Shown in pieces: positions 26,938 to 37,099 of a stretch of DNA of 64,000 nucleotides. The stretch's first letter is position 1. The number at the start of each line of letters is the position of its first letter. A program made the position numbers and the translations under genes. Source of the DNA: a virus; IMG/VR virus record IMGVR_UViG_3300013296_000001, positions 4,211-68,210 of that record. One strand, 5' to 3'. A model generated the notes under the pieces. It was not told the origin of the DNA and ran no database searches. It was given only the letters and a program-made list of their open reading frames with translations.

Positions 26938-27786
26938 CTACTTACCCTTAACCTTTCGTGTTCGGTGTTCTTTATTTGCCCTTAGAGATGCTTCACCCAC
27001 TACTGACACCAGTTTTTCTTTTGCACACATGGCGACGAACTGCCGCAAGTCCTTCTCCAGACATTTACCGCCATATCCGTACTTACCATCGGGGCCGGGG
27101 ACTTGAGTGTGATGCTCGCTAATACGGTAGTCGGCACACATCAACCGAACAACACTCTTGTAGTCTACTCCCATCCGTTCACACAGTAGGTTCAACTCGT
27201 TGAAGAACGAGAGCTTGACACAGAAGAACGCATTTTGCGCAATCTTCGCCATCTCTGACTCTTCTGACGACGTTGGTGATATAGGGATAGTCGGGAATCG
27301 CTGGTACAGGATCGACAACAACAAGTTATACGTCGGGTGCATCTTCCATGCGTCCGGTCTACCTAGCATAATCGTGCTAGGGTTTTTGGAGTCATGCTCG
27401 GCGGTTCTCTCCGATAGGAACTCTGGCCAATGGTAGACGTGCGGCAGACTGTACTTTCTCTGGAGAAAAGATGTAGTACCCACGGGGCATGTTGAGCGGA
27501 TGACGAAGTGCGTGTTTCTGTATACGTCCTCCGGTAAGTTGTACTGTAGTGGTAGGTATTTCCCGCACCAATTGTCTAATTCTGTTTCGGGTAAGCAGAG
27601 GAATACGATATGACTTAGCCTTAACGCACCTTCTATTCGCATCTCGTGCATATCTTGCTTTTTCTCGTCAATGTCCCAGACGTATAACTCTCGACAGTAG
27701 TCACGGAATACGTCTGCCGTGGCAGTGCCGACGACACCGCCTCCGACTACACAGATTACACAGTCCTTAAGGTTCTTCACTGCCAT
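26938..27786 (-). CDS. UDP-glucose/GDP-mannose dehydrogenase family (lacks the C-terminal UDP-binding domain)
   Basis: VVGGGVVG Rossmann motif, IRSTCPVGT, PEFLSE, GYGGKCLEKD. Confidence 0.9.
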   Translation of the reverse strand: MAVKNLKDCVICVVGGGVVGTATADVFRDYCRELYVWDIDEKKQDMHEMRIEGALRLSHIVFLCLPETELDNWCGKYLPLQYNLPEDVYRNTHFVIRSTCPVGTTSFLQRKYSLPHVYHWPEFLSERTAEHDSKNPSTIMLGRPDAWKMHPTYNLLLSILYQRFPTIPISPTSSEESEMAKIAQNAFFCVKLSFFNELNLLCERMGVDYKSVVRLMCADYRISEHHTQVPGPDGKYGYGGKCLEKDLRQFVAMCAKEKLVSVVGEASLRANKEHRTRKVKGK

Positions 27787-27894
27787 TGCCGCACTTGTCC
27801 TTTCTTGGAATTTTGATCAAATTTCTCCACCGCACCGATTCTCGTCTTCTACCTCTCTACTACCTACCTTACTCTCTACTATCTCTTACTGTGT

Positions 27895-27914
27895 CTTATT
27901 ATTATAACAACAAG
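27895..27914 (-). promoter_or_regulatory. Putative extended -10 promoter heading the glyco operon
   Basis: 20 bp identical to 5348-5367. Confidence 0.6.
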
Positions 27915-28033
27915 AAAGGGGATTTACGAAGTAGGAATGCGAAGCATCCTACTTTTGTATTCCTCTTCTCTGTTTCAATTAAACCCTTTATTTTTCTTCT
28001 CTGACATCTTCTATTTTCTTATGTATTCTCTAT

Positions 28034-28067
28034 CCGCCACACCCTAAAAATTTCCCCCGCCACACCC
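28034..28067. repeat. Direct repeat CCGCCACACCC x2 in a non-coding region
   Basis: Copies at 28034-28044 and 28057-28067. Confidence 0.7.
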
Positions 28068-28207
28068 CCCCTATTATAGGGGTAGCCGGAAGTAATACAA
28101 GGGGAGTTAGTTAGAGTATATTACTTGACGTGTTGTGATATGCCGACTGCTTCAAGTACACCCTCTGTGGAATTTTGATCAAATTCCGTAGCACTACTAT
28201 ACATCAC

Positions 28208-29221
28208 TTACATATCCCGCGAGATGTGCATAATCGGGGTAGTCATTGGGCGTATCTTCCCCTCTGCCATCTTACCCATACCGAAATTCCGAGCGTTGAA
28301 TTCCTCTCCGAGAAACCCTTGCCCGATCGGCTGTGGCCTTGCCCCCTCTGCTTCCTTACGGCTGCTGACGTGTCCCGTGTGCTGCACCAGCGTCGGGTAA
28401 TGGACGTACTCTAGATAGCCGGCGCCACCGTTCGCTGTAGGATTCGTCCGGTCATTCCCCGACATGGCCGCACTAATACCCCCGTCGATCTTGCAGTACC
28501 ACCGTTCTGCATTACTCGGCTTGTCACGATTGCTAGGGCGCCGTGCCAGATGCCGACTACACAGTAGCTCGATGACACCTTGCCGGTCGAATACAAGAGC
28601 AATAGCACTCTTCCCCCACTGGTTAGACGAATACCACCCCGTACTCGGTTTACCGTCTGTACCATGCGGGGTGAAGTGTGTTACGTTCGATTCCATCGTG
28701 TATAAGTTGAGATACCCTTTCTCTGGAAGAAAGGTATTCAAGTAGTCTCTCGTGTTACGATACATAATCAAGTCATCTTGAAACAGTGCGTACCGATCAG
28801 CTAGTGGGTTGCGGTAGTACAACTCGTACAAGCTCAGTATCCAGTTGCCAGCTACCCGCACCGGTATACCCCCGCGGCATGTGACATCGAGTCCGAACGA
28901 GTTAGCCCACCAGCTACCATCGGTGGCACCGTCTACGAACAAATGCGGTCTGTCGAACCCACCCTTTCGTAGAGAATCGAGCGTTTTCGGCAAGTGGGAT
29001 ACGCTACGGCTAGGGACGGTGGTGACGCCGTAGCACCACTCTAGGCGCTTGGTAATGCTGCCTACGGACCCTGTTACGCTTCCAGCAACCGCTAACGCAT
29101 TTCCCCGTGGTACACCTTCTGAGCAGCGCGATCTAGGTGTAGAATTTTGATCAAATTTCTGCGCACCATTCACTTGCTCAACGGGAATACGTCCGTCACG
29201 ACGGTTACTACGTGGGTGCAT
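28208..29221 (-). CDS. Glycosyltransferase (GT-A-like)
   Basis: YGVTTVPSR...HLFVDG...ALFQDDL...PTLVQHTG; GAGGAG RBS. Confidence 0.7.
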   Translation of the reverse strand: MHPRSNRRDGRIPVEQVNGAQKFDQNSTPRSRCSEGVPRGNALAVAGSVTGSVGSITKRLEWCYGVTTVPSRSVSHLPKTLDSLRKGGFDRPHLFVDGATDGSWWANSFGLDVTCRGGIPVRVAGNWILSLYELYYRNPLADRYALFQDDLIMYRNTRDYLNTFLPEKGYLNLYTMESNVTHFTPHGTDGKPSTGWYSSNQWGKSAIALVFDRQGVIELLCSRHLARRPSNRDKPSNAERWYCKIDGGISAAMSGNDRTNPTANGGAGYLEYVHYPTLVQHTGHVSSRKEAEGARPQPIGQGFLGEEFNARNFGMGKMAEGKIRPMTTPIMHISRDM

Positions 29222-29223
29222 CT

Positions 29224-29466
29224 CTACTCCTCAGTCTGTGAGTCTTGCTGACACCGTGCCAGGATGATAATCGCCGTGGCCGATGACAGTGCGGCTACGA
29301 TGATCACCAGCAGAGGCGGCAACACCCCCGTATCATATCCGACGTTGGGGATTTGTACTGCCATCAGTGGCGTCCGACTACCCTCGAATACGCCGACGGT
29401 GTACGCCACTACGGACTGTAGTGTGATGGTGGTAACGCTAATGGCGGTCCATAGTGTACGGTACAT
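29224..29466 (-). CDS. Small membrane protein
   Basis: Two hydrophobic segments; AAAGG RBS. Confidence 0.45.
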   Translation of the reverse strand: MYRTLWTAISVTTITLQSVVAYTVGVFEGSRTPLMAVQIPNVGYDTGVLPPLLVIIVAALSSATAIIILARCQQDSQTEE

Positions 29467-29527
29467 GACATGACTACCTTTCGTGTGGGTGACATAGGGC
29501 ATTGAACTGATACTAAGCCTACTACTA

Positions 29528-30016
29528 CTAAGTCGGGGTGGAGTTACTGTTTTCTTCCAGAGAAGTCTCTGGCTGTATGTGATCGCTCCAGTGTGGGCAA
29601 GTCTGGCCATTCTCGATAGGGATGCACGTCGGGTGCTGTGACTGTTTGGTGTCGTTCGGATGGTCACATTCATACGTCCACCGACTGCCCCCGCAGTTGG
29701 GAATTTTGATCAAAACTGCACCAGTGTAGACACACTTCCCCCGTACCATCCGTACCGACGGTTGGCTACTCTGTACGTGTATTCGCTGTCGTTCGTCGGA
29801 TATTGGAGAAATCGTAGACGGCAGTAACGGAATGACCCTTTTCGGTATTACTCCGTCTCTCTCGTCCTTCCGACGGCGCAACTTCGCCCGCTCATTGTTG
29901 GACGACTGACACAACCTGACGTGGTGCGGCCGTTGCTCAATGCCGTACCGCGGGCACAGTCCACCAGACTCGGGGCATTCGCACGGAGGCTCTACGGATG
30001 TGGGTGTGCCTTCCAT
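29528..30016 (-). CDS. Cys-rich hypothetical protein (distal tail module)
   Basis: CECPESGGLCPRYG...HVRLCQ; position after the tail genes. Confidence 0.6.
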   Translation of the reverse strand: MEGTPTSVEPPCECPESGGLCPRYGIEQRPHHVRLCQSSNNERAKLRRRKDERDGVIPKRVIPLLPSTISPISDERQRIHVQSSQPSVRMVRGKCVYTGAVLIKIPNCGGSRWTYECDHPNDTKQSQHPTCIPIENGQTCPHWSDHIQPETSLEENSNSTPT

Positions 30017-30028
30017 ACCACAACCCTT

Positions 30029-31291
30029 CTAGGCCGCTCGGGTGACACGGACGGGGATCGTCGCCACGCAACACGCCGAACTACTGCCTGTACACGGCAC
30101 GTCGAACGTCTGACCGTCACTCAACCCACCGGGGATGCGGGGGTCGCCATTCGCTAACGATCCGTCGCAGGGGTCACACGACGCGGAACAGGTCGAGCCG
30201 GCCAGCGTTGCCCCGCCCGTCATCTCTATGTATGTGTAAGTACAAACCCCCGTACACACCCCGCCGGGGGATGTCATCGGCACCATGAACGTTTCGTCAA
30301 AGTCCTCAATATCCTCATTCGGTACGACGACTTGAGCCGTCCCCGTGTTGTCGGCGCCGCACAACAGGTCGAGTTGGTACGTCGTCGTGCCGTCACTGCC
30401 GCCGAGACACGTCACGCGGATCGAGCCGGCCGGACCACACCCCCACGTCAGTAGCTTTTCCCATCCGCCGCCACTGCCAATAGAATTATCGTGAGACAGC
30501 CCATAGTCCCCGTTCATGCAAGGACACGATCCGCTGATCGTCGCTATCAAGGGACACGTCATGGACGAGCAACCGCGCTGCGGTTGAATGTCGTAGATAC
30601 ATGGGGATTCGACACGGAATATAGGGGTGTACTTGTCCTTCCATCCACCGTACTTCGCCCACCGATCCTTATGACAGTTGGCCGCAGCGAAAAAGAATAT
30701 TGTTGGCTGGTTGTCCGTACTAGGTGGAGTGCTTGAGTCACTGTTACACCGGCAGCAGCCGATAAACGTCTCCTGTCCGAATGAAATCCCTAGTGGATCG
30801 GTGCAATCTGCATCGTGCGTCAGACTGCCCGTGTCGCAGCCCGTCCAACTCAAGCGGAATGACGTGGCCGTGAGGACTTTAAACGTAAGGTATAGTATTC
30901 CGCCCCTTAGCGTAACCTGTCCTATCCACGTTCCAGAGCCGGAATCGAAGTTAAGGATGGTCCGCTGAAGGTAGGCGGAATAGCAGTTTGACACGTCGGC
31001 CAGATAGAGAGCCACCCTCTTTGATATGCCACCGGGGAGTATGTCTGCCCGCTTGTAACAGTCGTTCGCCAGTTCTTCGGCGCGGGTACATAACCCATTG
31101 CAGCATATCCAGGAGAACTTCGCCGTAGGGGTGCGCGTGATTGGATCGAATCCGCTGAACTTGCCGGCGAATTTGGCCCCGTTGGTGAATTGGGCGAGAC
31201 ACTGAAGCGCCGGCATCAGCTTAAATTTCGGGGTGTGTTTGTCAGCCCACCCGCCGTACTTCCCCCGTCGGATGCGTCCTATGATAGTCAC
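30029..31291 (-). CDS. Cys-rich putative tail-tip protein
   Basis: 28 Cys in 420 aa; internal duplication KYGGWADKHTPKF / KYGGWKDKYTPIF. Confidence 0.55.
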   Translation of the reverse strand: MTIIGRIRRGKYGGWADKHTPKFKLMPALQCLAQFTNGAKFAGKFSGFDPITRTPTAKFSWICCNGLCTRAEELANDCYKRADILPGGISKRVALYLADVSNCYSAYLQRTILNFDSGSGTWIGQVTLRGGILYLTFKVLTATSFRLSWTGCDTGSLTHDADCTDPLGISFGQETFIGCCRCNSDSSTPPSTDNQPTIFFFAAANCHKDRWAKYGGWKDKYTPIFRVESPCIYDIQPQRGCSSMTCPLIATISGSCPCMNGDYGLSHDNSIGSGGGWEKLLTWGCGPAGSIRVTCLGGSDGTTTYQLDLLCGADNTGTAQVVVPNEDIEDFDETFMVPMTSPGGVCTGVCTYTYIEMTGGATLAGSTCSASCDPCDGSLANGDPRIPGGLSDGQTFDVPCTGSSSACCVATIPVRVTRAA

Positions 31292-32286
31292 GGGTCGGTG
31301 TCCTCTTCCAGAACGATAATCAGAGTGCCGTCCACGTACTTACCCTGATTCGGGTCTTTCAGACGTTCAATGGCCGCTCCTGTGCCAGCGTCGGTGATGC
31401 GGAATAAGTCTTGCCGTGGCGTGCCGTAGAAGACTGTATACAACCCCGTCGGCCCCATCTCCATCTCTACAACGGCAAGGTGATGGAAGATCGGTTCCTC
31501 TGTACCCGTCCCCGTGTCACTAAACCCACTGCAAGACGTGTCGGGCATGGCCCACGGGTAAGGGGGCCAGTATTCGTTAGCGTAGTGAACTCCGGGCAGG
31601 CAGTTGATACCACCGCGGGTGGGTAAGTCCCCGGATTCGTCAGCGTCATACGTCAGTACACAGGGGGTGCCGGAAAGAATGCCAGTCGGCTTGACCCTCA
31701 CCCATCCGTAACGGTAGAAACCGGCCGGACACACACCGTCGAACGGCACACACCGGCCACTAATCCCGCCATCCGTCGTCGGCAGGCACACATACCCGAG
31801 ACAAGCGAGCCAGCGTGTCGGGGTCGATGTTGAGGGTGTCGTGCCACCACCCGAACCCATCTCCAGAATTAACCAGTTGCCGAACTTGTCTCGGATGACG
31901 GGTACGAACTGGTAATCAACGTTGGTACCCGTTCCGGTGCCAGTGCCGACACCACTACTGTCGGGTGTGATGGTCGTTGATGATAGGTTATAGACGACTT
32001 CCTTCAGTCCGTGCGTTGTGTACAGTTTGGGAGATATGCCATCCAGCCGAGTGTCACCAATCCGGTAGATATCGACTTGACCAACTCCAGGGTATAGGCC
32101 GGATCGGGCAGGGATGGTGGACGTAACAAGTGCCACGTATACTTCGGGCGCCATCTGTTCTTCGATGTCCGGCCCGACTGTCTGCGCTCGATTGGGTGTG
32201 CTCTTGCTGGTAGACAAGACTTGATGTACGATGTCTTTTAAGACGCGGATATCATCAGCCGAGAATAGAAACCGTTTCTCTGGCAT
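31288..32286 (-). CDS. Putative tail/baseplate protein
   Basis: Position after the tape measure; IPARSG..PG.G.V pattern. Confidence 0.55.
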   Translation of the reverse strand: MPEKRFLFSADDIRVLKDIVHQVLSTSKSTPNRAQTVGPDIEEQMAPEVYVALVTSTIPARSGLYPGVGQVDIYRIGDTRLDGISPKLYTTHGLKEVVYNLSSTTITPDSSGVGTGTGTGTNVDYQFVPVIRDKFGNWLILEMGSGGGTTPSTSTPTRWLACLGYVCLPTTDGGISGRCVPFDGVCPAGFYRYGWVRVKPTGILSGTPCVLTYDADESGDLPTRGGINCLPGVHYANEYWPPYPWAMPDTSCSGFSDTGTGTEEPIFHHLAVVEMEMGPTGLYTVFYGTPRQDLFRITDAGTGAAIERLKDPNQGKYVDGTLIIVLEEDTDP

Positions 32287-32349
32287 ACCGCACCGTGCTT
32301 GACGTGTCGGAAATTTTGATCAAAATTCTAGAGAAGGTATACGAGACTC

Positions 32350-33744
32350 CTACCAACTTTCCGGTATGCCTAAAAGGCGCATGTCACTTTCTCCATACCG
32401 TTCAACGTGTATCATCCCCGGAGACGTTGCCAAGTCGTGTTCCGTACCTGTCCCCGTACCCTCATCCGGCCCGCGCACCCATACCCCCGTCGGCTTACCC
32501 TCACCGTCGAGAATCACGCGGGCATTCTCACCGTTGAAATCCTTGAACCGGATGAAGTGACGAGGGTTATCGGGGTCCGGCCAGACTTGCCCAGTAGACG
32601 TACCAACCTCTAACGGAGTCTTACCATCGCTGATGAATGTGCCGGTATCGATGTAGGTCAAAACACCAGTGGCCACATCGGCAACGTGTGTGTATGTCGT
32701 ATCGCCTTCTATCCGCGAGTATATGCGATAACCACCGGTCTCACCACTAACGGCTGTCCATGTCAACGTGATCTTGTTTGTGGGGAACGGCATCCCCGGT
32801 ACGCCTGGAAGTGCCTGAATCTCCGAGCTAGCGGCTGACTCCCCTCCCGTACTGTCGAGCGATGCCACACGGTAGCTATACGGACCGACCAGTAGACTAC
32901 CGCCAGTCGGGGAAACGACAGTACCCACACGACTCGGCGGACCGAGAGAGGAGAGGGGGTCAAGTACCCACGCACCGCTAGAATCCCAGTGTCCTTTGAG
33001 TACCTTCGTCCCCTCGTCCAAGATGTCACGGTCCCAATTGATATACTTGCCGGCAATTACTTCGATCAGATCAACGTGAGTACCCGTACCCGGCTCAAAC
33101 GTCGAGTCTACCCCCAACTCGCGCCGGTAGCGGATGTCAAACGTGAGGACACGATGGTACAGCTTCCGCCCACCAGATGCCGTTTCGTCGTACACAATAT
33201 CGTATTTGTAATCGCTCAGTTTGATTGTGCGGGGCGGATGGTTCCAGAGTGGATACTTGTTGACCGAGCTAGACATCTGCGACAGTAGAGACAACTGTAG
33301 GTCCGTTATCCATTGCTCGATTACCACTTGGTTATCATCCACGTCCCATTCATTCTGCGGACCGCGGATGTGTTCGTGAGAACTGGTGAAGACGGGATCA
33401 CCGAATCGGTCGGTTGCCGCCTCTTCCTTCTGTTTGACGCTGTTACCCGTTATGCGTGGGTTTGTGTCAATGAATGTCTTTGTTACCTTCCACAAGGGCG
33501 ACTTCTCGTTACCCTTCTTCTGCTCTTGAGAGATTTCCGACTGAGCCGTACAAAGCATAGTAGCGTCTACGTCACCCCCGAAGTTGAGCGGATCACCGGC
33601 GCGGGGGAGTCCTGTTGTCGCCTTGACGGCATACACATTGTCGGATACAGCGGCACCGATGAGGTAATCAATCGTATACGTCTTGCGTCCGTTGCTGTCG
33701 ATCGACAGACGGTTATTCGCCGTTCCCAATAGTCGAGTTGTCAC
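32350..33744 (-). CDS. Putative distal tail/hub protein with FN3-like insert
   Basis: First gene after the tape measure; YSYRVASLDSTGGES...ITLTWTAV...YRIY. Confidence 0.6.
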   Translation of the reverse strand: MTTRLLGTANNRLSIDSNGRKTYTIDYLIGAAVSDNVYAVKATTGLPRAGDPLNFGGDVDATMLCTAQSEISQEQKKGNEKSPLWKVTKTFIDTNPRITGNSVKQKEEAATDRFGDPVFTSSHEHIRGPQNEWDVDDNQVVIEQWITDLQLSLLSQMSSSVNKYPLWNHPPRTIKLSDYKYDIVYDETASGGRKLYHRVLTFDIRYRRELGVDSTFEPGTGTHVDLIEVIAGKYINWDRDILDEGTKVLKGHWDSSGAWVLDPLSSLGPPSRVGTVVSPTGGSLLVGPYSYRVASLDSTGGESAASSEIQALPGVPGMPFPTNKITLTWTAVSGETGGYRIYSRIEGDTTYTHVADVATGVLTYIDTGTFISDGKTPLEVGTSTGQVWPDPDNPRHFIRFKDFNGENARVILDGEGKPTGVWVRGPDEGTGTGTEHDLATSPGMIHVERYGESDMRLLGIPESW

Positions 33745-33759
33745 GGCGGTATTCTCTGA

Positions 33760-33791
33760 AAGAAAAGAGTAGCCCCTTTGATAGAGGCTAC
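33760..33791 (-). terminator. Terminator-like hairpin after the tape measure gene
   Basis: GTAGCCTCT/AGGGGCTAC stem followed by TCTTTTCTTT; the U-tract comes from a motif-2 copy. Confidence 0.55.
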
Positions 33792-33870
33792 GACGGTTGC
33801 CACTGCTGCGCTACAGACTTACATACTACATTGCGGAAATTTTGATCAAAATTCTCAGGTCTTAGGATGG

Positions 33871-36570
33871 TCACGGATCACCAATCTTGGCCATGAATAC
33901 AACCTGCCCGTTATCGTTATGCTTAGTGTTCTCCGCAATCTGCTTTAGCAGTTCTTCGACGGACTTATTGTGATCCTCGTTGCTGCCCGTTGTGATGTCA
34001 GACGGTACGATACCGTTGAAAGCGTTATCAACCCCTCCGGTAATGTCGGCCCGATTAATCCCAGCGTATGCGGCTGACATATTCTTCAGTGCGTCGGGGA
34101 CTTCGATATTCTGCAAGAATCCAGGAACACCGGCGCCTTGGAACATCCCCCAAACACCTTTAGCACCCTCTACAATCTTGTTTGCCGTCTCAGCATTGGC
34201 GAACGGGGCTATCATGTCTTTGAACTGCTGTGACACTTTTGGTGCATCACCCGGCCTTGCCAGTCCTAGCCCATTCGCTGCCATTGCACCAGCCTTCTGA
34301 CCACTACTCCGCATCTTGTCCAGGTAGTCTGACACTCGTGTAGCAGCCTCTACAGAGCCGGCTAGTGCGGCGTCGAACTTGTGGATTTCGTGAATAGCCG
34401 CCTTTGCAAATGCCCCACCGGCCTTCTCACCGTTCTTGGCCGCCTCTGTGTTCGTCTTGTCCTTGTTCTTTGCCATCTCTTGAGCAATCTCGAAATCCTT
34501 CTCCAGTTCCTTAAGATACGTCCTCGCTCGCTCGACGTTCTTATTGTCCGGTTCTGCCATTGCCGCATCGAGTGCTTCCTTTGCCTTCGCCATCTGTTCC
34601 TTGAGTACATCGGCGGCGTTGGAATTTTTGATCTGAGTTTCTATGTCGATCTTGCCGAGTGCGTTCTGTAACTCCTCACCAGCTTGCTTGGCGACTGGAC
34701 CTAATGCCTTGAGGATACCGGCTAGCCTCAGACCGAACACTAACAACTCCCCTGCCGCCTCTCGAATCTTGGCACCGACTTCGAGGAACATCGTAATCAT
34801 CGGGACGGTAAATTGTGTCGTCGTCAACTTCTTACCGTAGAGGAATATCCGTTCAAACTCGTTGTAGAACACGGCTCCGATGTACTTGATCGACGCTTCG
34901 GCCACGGCCCGGACGAACTCCCACAGTGCGGGGAACCGCTGTTGGACGTGCGCGACGAATAGGTTAAACGTCCCCTTCGCGTACTCCCACGCGAGTTGCA
35001 TATCAGTCTGGGCAATCTTGACAATCATTTTCAAGTGTCCGCCCAACTCGTCTACAATGCCGCCGATCCGACTGATTGTCTCCTCACTAGTACCCATTTC
35101 CTTAAATGCGTCTATTAGTCCTACTACCGACTTGTAAGCTGCGTTGCTGGCCGTCCCCACTGCCACCATTGCCGCCCCTGCCGCCGCTAATACGAATCCC
35201 AGCGTGACGGCTGCGGCAATCAACGGGATGATGGTTTCCGCCTCTAGTATTGCTAATGCCCCTGTCAGTATCCCCGTTCCTGCTGTAGCTGTCGCAGTAG
35301 CCGCTGTGTACAGTCCCCATGCCGCCCACAAGGCATTGACGAGGAATCCCTGCACCATTACAGCAGCGTTGAACACGAGAAACATCCCCTTGACGATGCC
35401 CAACACTCCTATGTAGGTAAGCCACAAGCCGATGCCGAGGAGTTGCTTGACCTTTAGTATGGTTAGTGCAAAGTTCGTTAACCCGATGGCCAGTCCGAGT
35501 AGGGTGTACGCCGTCCGCAACTGCATGATGACGCCGGCCGCAGTGAGTGCCCACTTGATCGTTTCCTTGTTCGCTTCGTAGAACTCGATGGCCGATTCGA
35601 CTCCCCTTTCGTACAAGTTGGCTACCGTAGATTTGATCGTGTCGAGTGCGTCAATCGCCAGCTTGACACCACTCGTGAACATCGGCCCTTGAAACCAGTC
35701 TGCCACTTTGTTCGTCGTCTCGATGAGGGATCGCAACACTTCCTTCAGACGGAACACCTGGACAATGGCATCACCGAACTTGGTGAGAGCCATGCCGACG
35801 TTATCTTTGAGAGTGGACCAGAGTCCGATGAGCGTTTGGGACTGCTCTAGCATCATGCCATTGAACCTACCGCCGGCACCCGTCATGTTCTTGAATGCGG
35901 CTTCTACCTGCGGGAACCCGACTTGCCCCTTCTCTACCAGATCACGAATCTTGGTGGTACTCACTCCCATCACCTTCGACAGTTCTTCCCATATCGGGAT
36001 ACCGCGCGTGGCGAACTGGTTGATATCAACGGTGAACGCTCGCCCTTGTGCCTTGAGCGTGCCGAAAACGTAGGTCAGTTGGCCGAGTGGGATATTCAAC
36101 GCCGATGCTACGTCTCCGAGCATTCGCATAGTGGGGACGATGTTCGATGCATCTTCCCCGAACCCAATCATCTGCTTTGCTGCCGCCATGATCTCGGGCA
36201 GTTCAAATGGTGTCTCGGCGGCAAACTGTTGTAAGTCTTTTAACGCGGCTTTCGCTTTCTCCGTGTTGCCGACAAGGCTCGTGAACGCGACGGTCGTTTG
36301 TTCCATCGACGCCGATCGACGGACAGACTCAAAAAGGGTTCCACCGATACCGGCAACTCCGGTGAGGGCGGCTAACTGTGCGATCGTCCCGCGGGCACTG
36401 CTGGCGTACAGCTTGAGAGAGCCGGCGAACGATTCGATCTTACGCGAGTGGAATTGAATAACTCCGGCGGCACGGGCTGTACTCGTCTCGGCAGTCCGTA
36501 TCATGTTCTCGAATGACGTACCATCCCCGATGAGACGTGTCACCATCCGTTCCAGTTCAATCGTGTTCAT
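33871..36570 (-). CDS. Tail tape measure protein
   Basis: 899 aa, Ala-rich and helical; EQTTVAFTSLVG...FAAETPFEL...FATRGIPIW tape-measure N-terminal domain. Confidence 0.92.
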   Translation of the reverse strand: MNTIELERMVTRLIGDGTSFENMIRTAETSTARAAGVIQFHSRKIESFAGSLKLYASSARGTIAQLAALTGVAGIGGTLFESVRRSASMEQTTVAFTSLVGNTEKAKAALKDLQQFAAETPFELPEIMAAAKQMIGFGEDASNIVPTMRMLGDVASALNIPLGQLTYVFGTLKAQGRAFTVDINQFATRGIPIWEELSKVMGVSTTKIRDLVEKGQVGFPQVEAAFKNMTGAGGRFNGMMLEQSQTLIGLWSTLKDNVGMALTKFGDAIVQVFRLKEVLRSLIETTNKVADWFQGPMFTSGVKLAIDALDTIKSTVANLYERGVESAIEFYEANKETIKWALTAAGVIMQLRTAYTLLGLAIGLTNFALTILKVKQLLGIGLWLTYIGVLGIVKGMFLVFNAAVMVQGFLVNALWAAWGLYTAATATATAGTGILTGALAILEAETIIPLIAAAVTLGFVLAAAGAAMVAVGTASNAAYKSVVGLIDAFKEMGTSEETISRIGGIVDELGGHLKMIVKIAQTDMQLAWEYAKGTFNLFVAHVQQRFPALWEFVRAVAEASIKYIGAVFYNEFERIFLYGKKLTTTQFTVPMITMFLEVGAKIREAAGELLVFGLRLAGILKALGPVAKQAGEELQNALGKIDIETQIKNSNAADVLKEQMAKAKEALDAAMAEPDNKNVERARTYLKELEKDFEIAQEMAKNKDKTNTEAAKNGEKAGGAFAKAAIHEIHKFDAALAGSVEAATRVSDYLDKMRSSGQKAGAMAANGLGLARPGDAPKVSQQFKDMIAPFANAETANKIVEGAKGVWGMFQGAGVPGFLQNIEVPDALKNMSAAYAGINRADITGGVDNAFNGIVPSDITTGSNEDHNKSVEELLKQIAENTKHNDNGQVVFMAKIGDP

Positions 36571-36613
36571 ATCGACTCGCCGGAATTTTGATCAAAATTT
36601 CTACACTATGCCG

Positions 36614-37099
36614 TTACTGAGACTGCTTCAACCGTTGCCGTTCTTCCCATTCCTGTCGATCCTTTGCCTGCCGTTCCTCGTATTCCTTGCGTGAGATGAC
36701 AACTGTCGTCACTTTGCCGCCGAGTCTTTGTATATCCCGTGCAATGAGATTCTTTGTTGCAGCGTCTATGTCTTTTCCGTCTGTACCGTCAACGACACTA
36801 ACCACATCATTCACTTTCTGAACCTTCACCGACTGCTGCCTTTGGAATGGAATCTTGAACTCGTCCATTTGCACGGTGTTAGGGTCTTTCACATACGACC
36901 GTTTAACCTCTCGGGTCGCCTGCATAACGTAGTAATCCCCACGGTCGGGGGTGTTCATGTCGTGTAGTAACCACTCTTCCCACAGACGGTATTGCCGGCG
37001 CGTCATCGGCAGGGGGGAGCCTAACAGTTCGTTCAGTGACTTCCCTAACCTTGTGCAGAGTCGGAAGTCTGTGTCGAACCGTCGGACAAGGCTTTTGGG
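36614..37099 (-). CDS. Tail assembly chaperone, -1 frame extension (GT)
   Basis: Frame is open from the slippery site: PKSLVRRFDTDFRLCTRLGKSLNELL...WEEW. Confidence 0.7.
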   Translation of the reverse strand, partial: PKSLVRRFDTDFRLCTRLGKSLNELLGSPLPMTRRQYRLWEEWLLHDMNTPDRGDYYVMQATREVKRSYVKDPNTVQMDEFKIPFQRQQSVKVQKVNDVVSVVDGTDGKDIDAATKNLIARDIQRLGGKVTTVVISRKEYEERQAKDRQEWEERQRLKQSQ

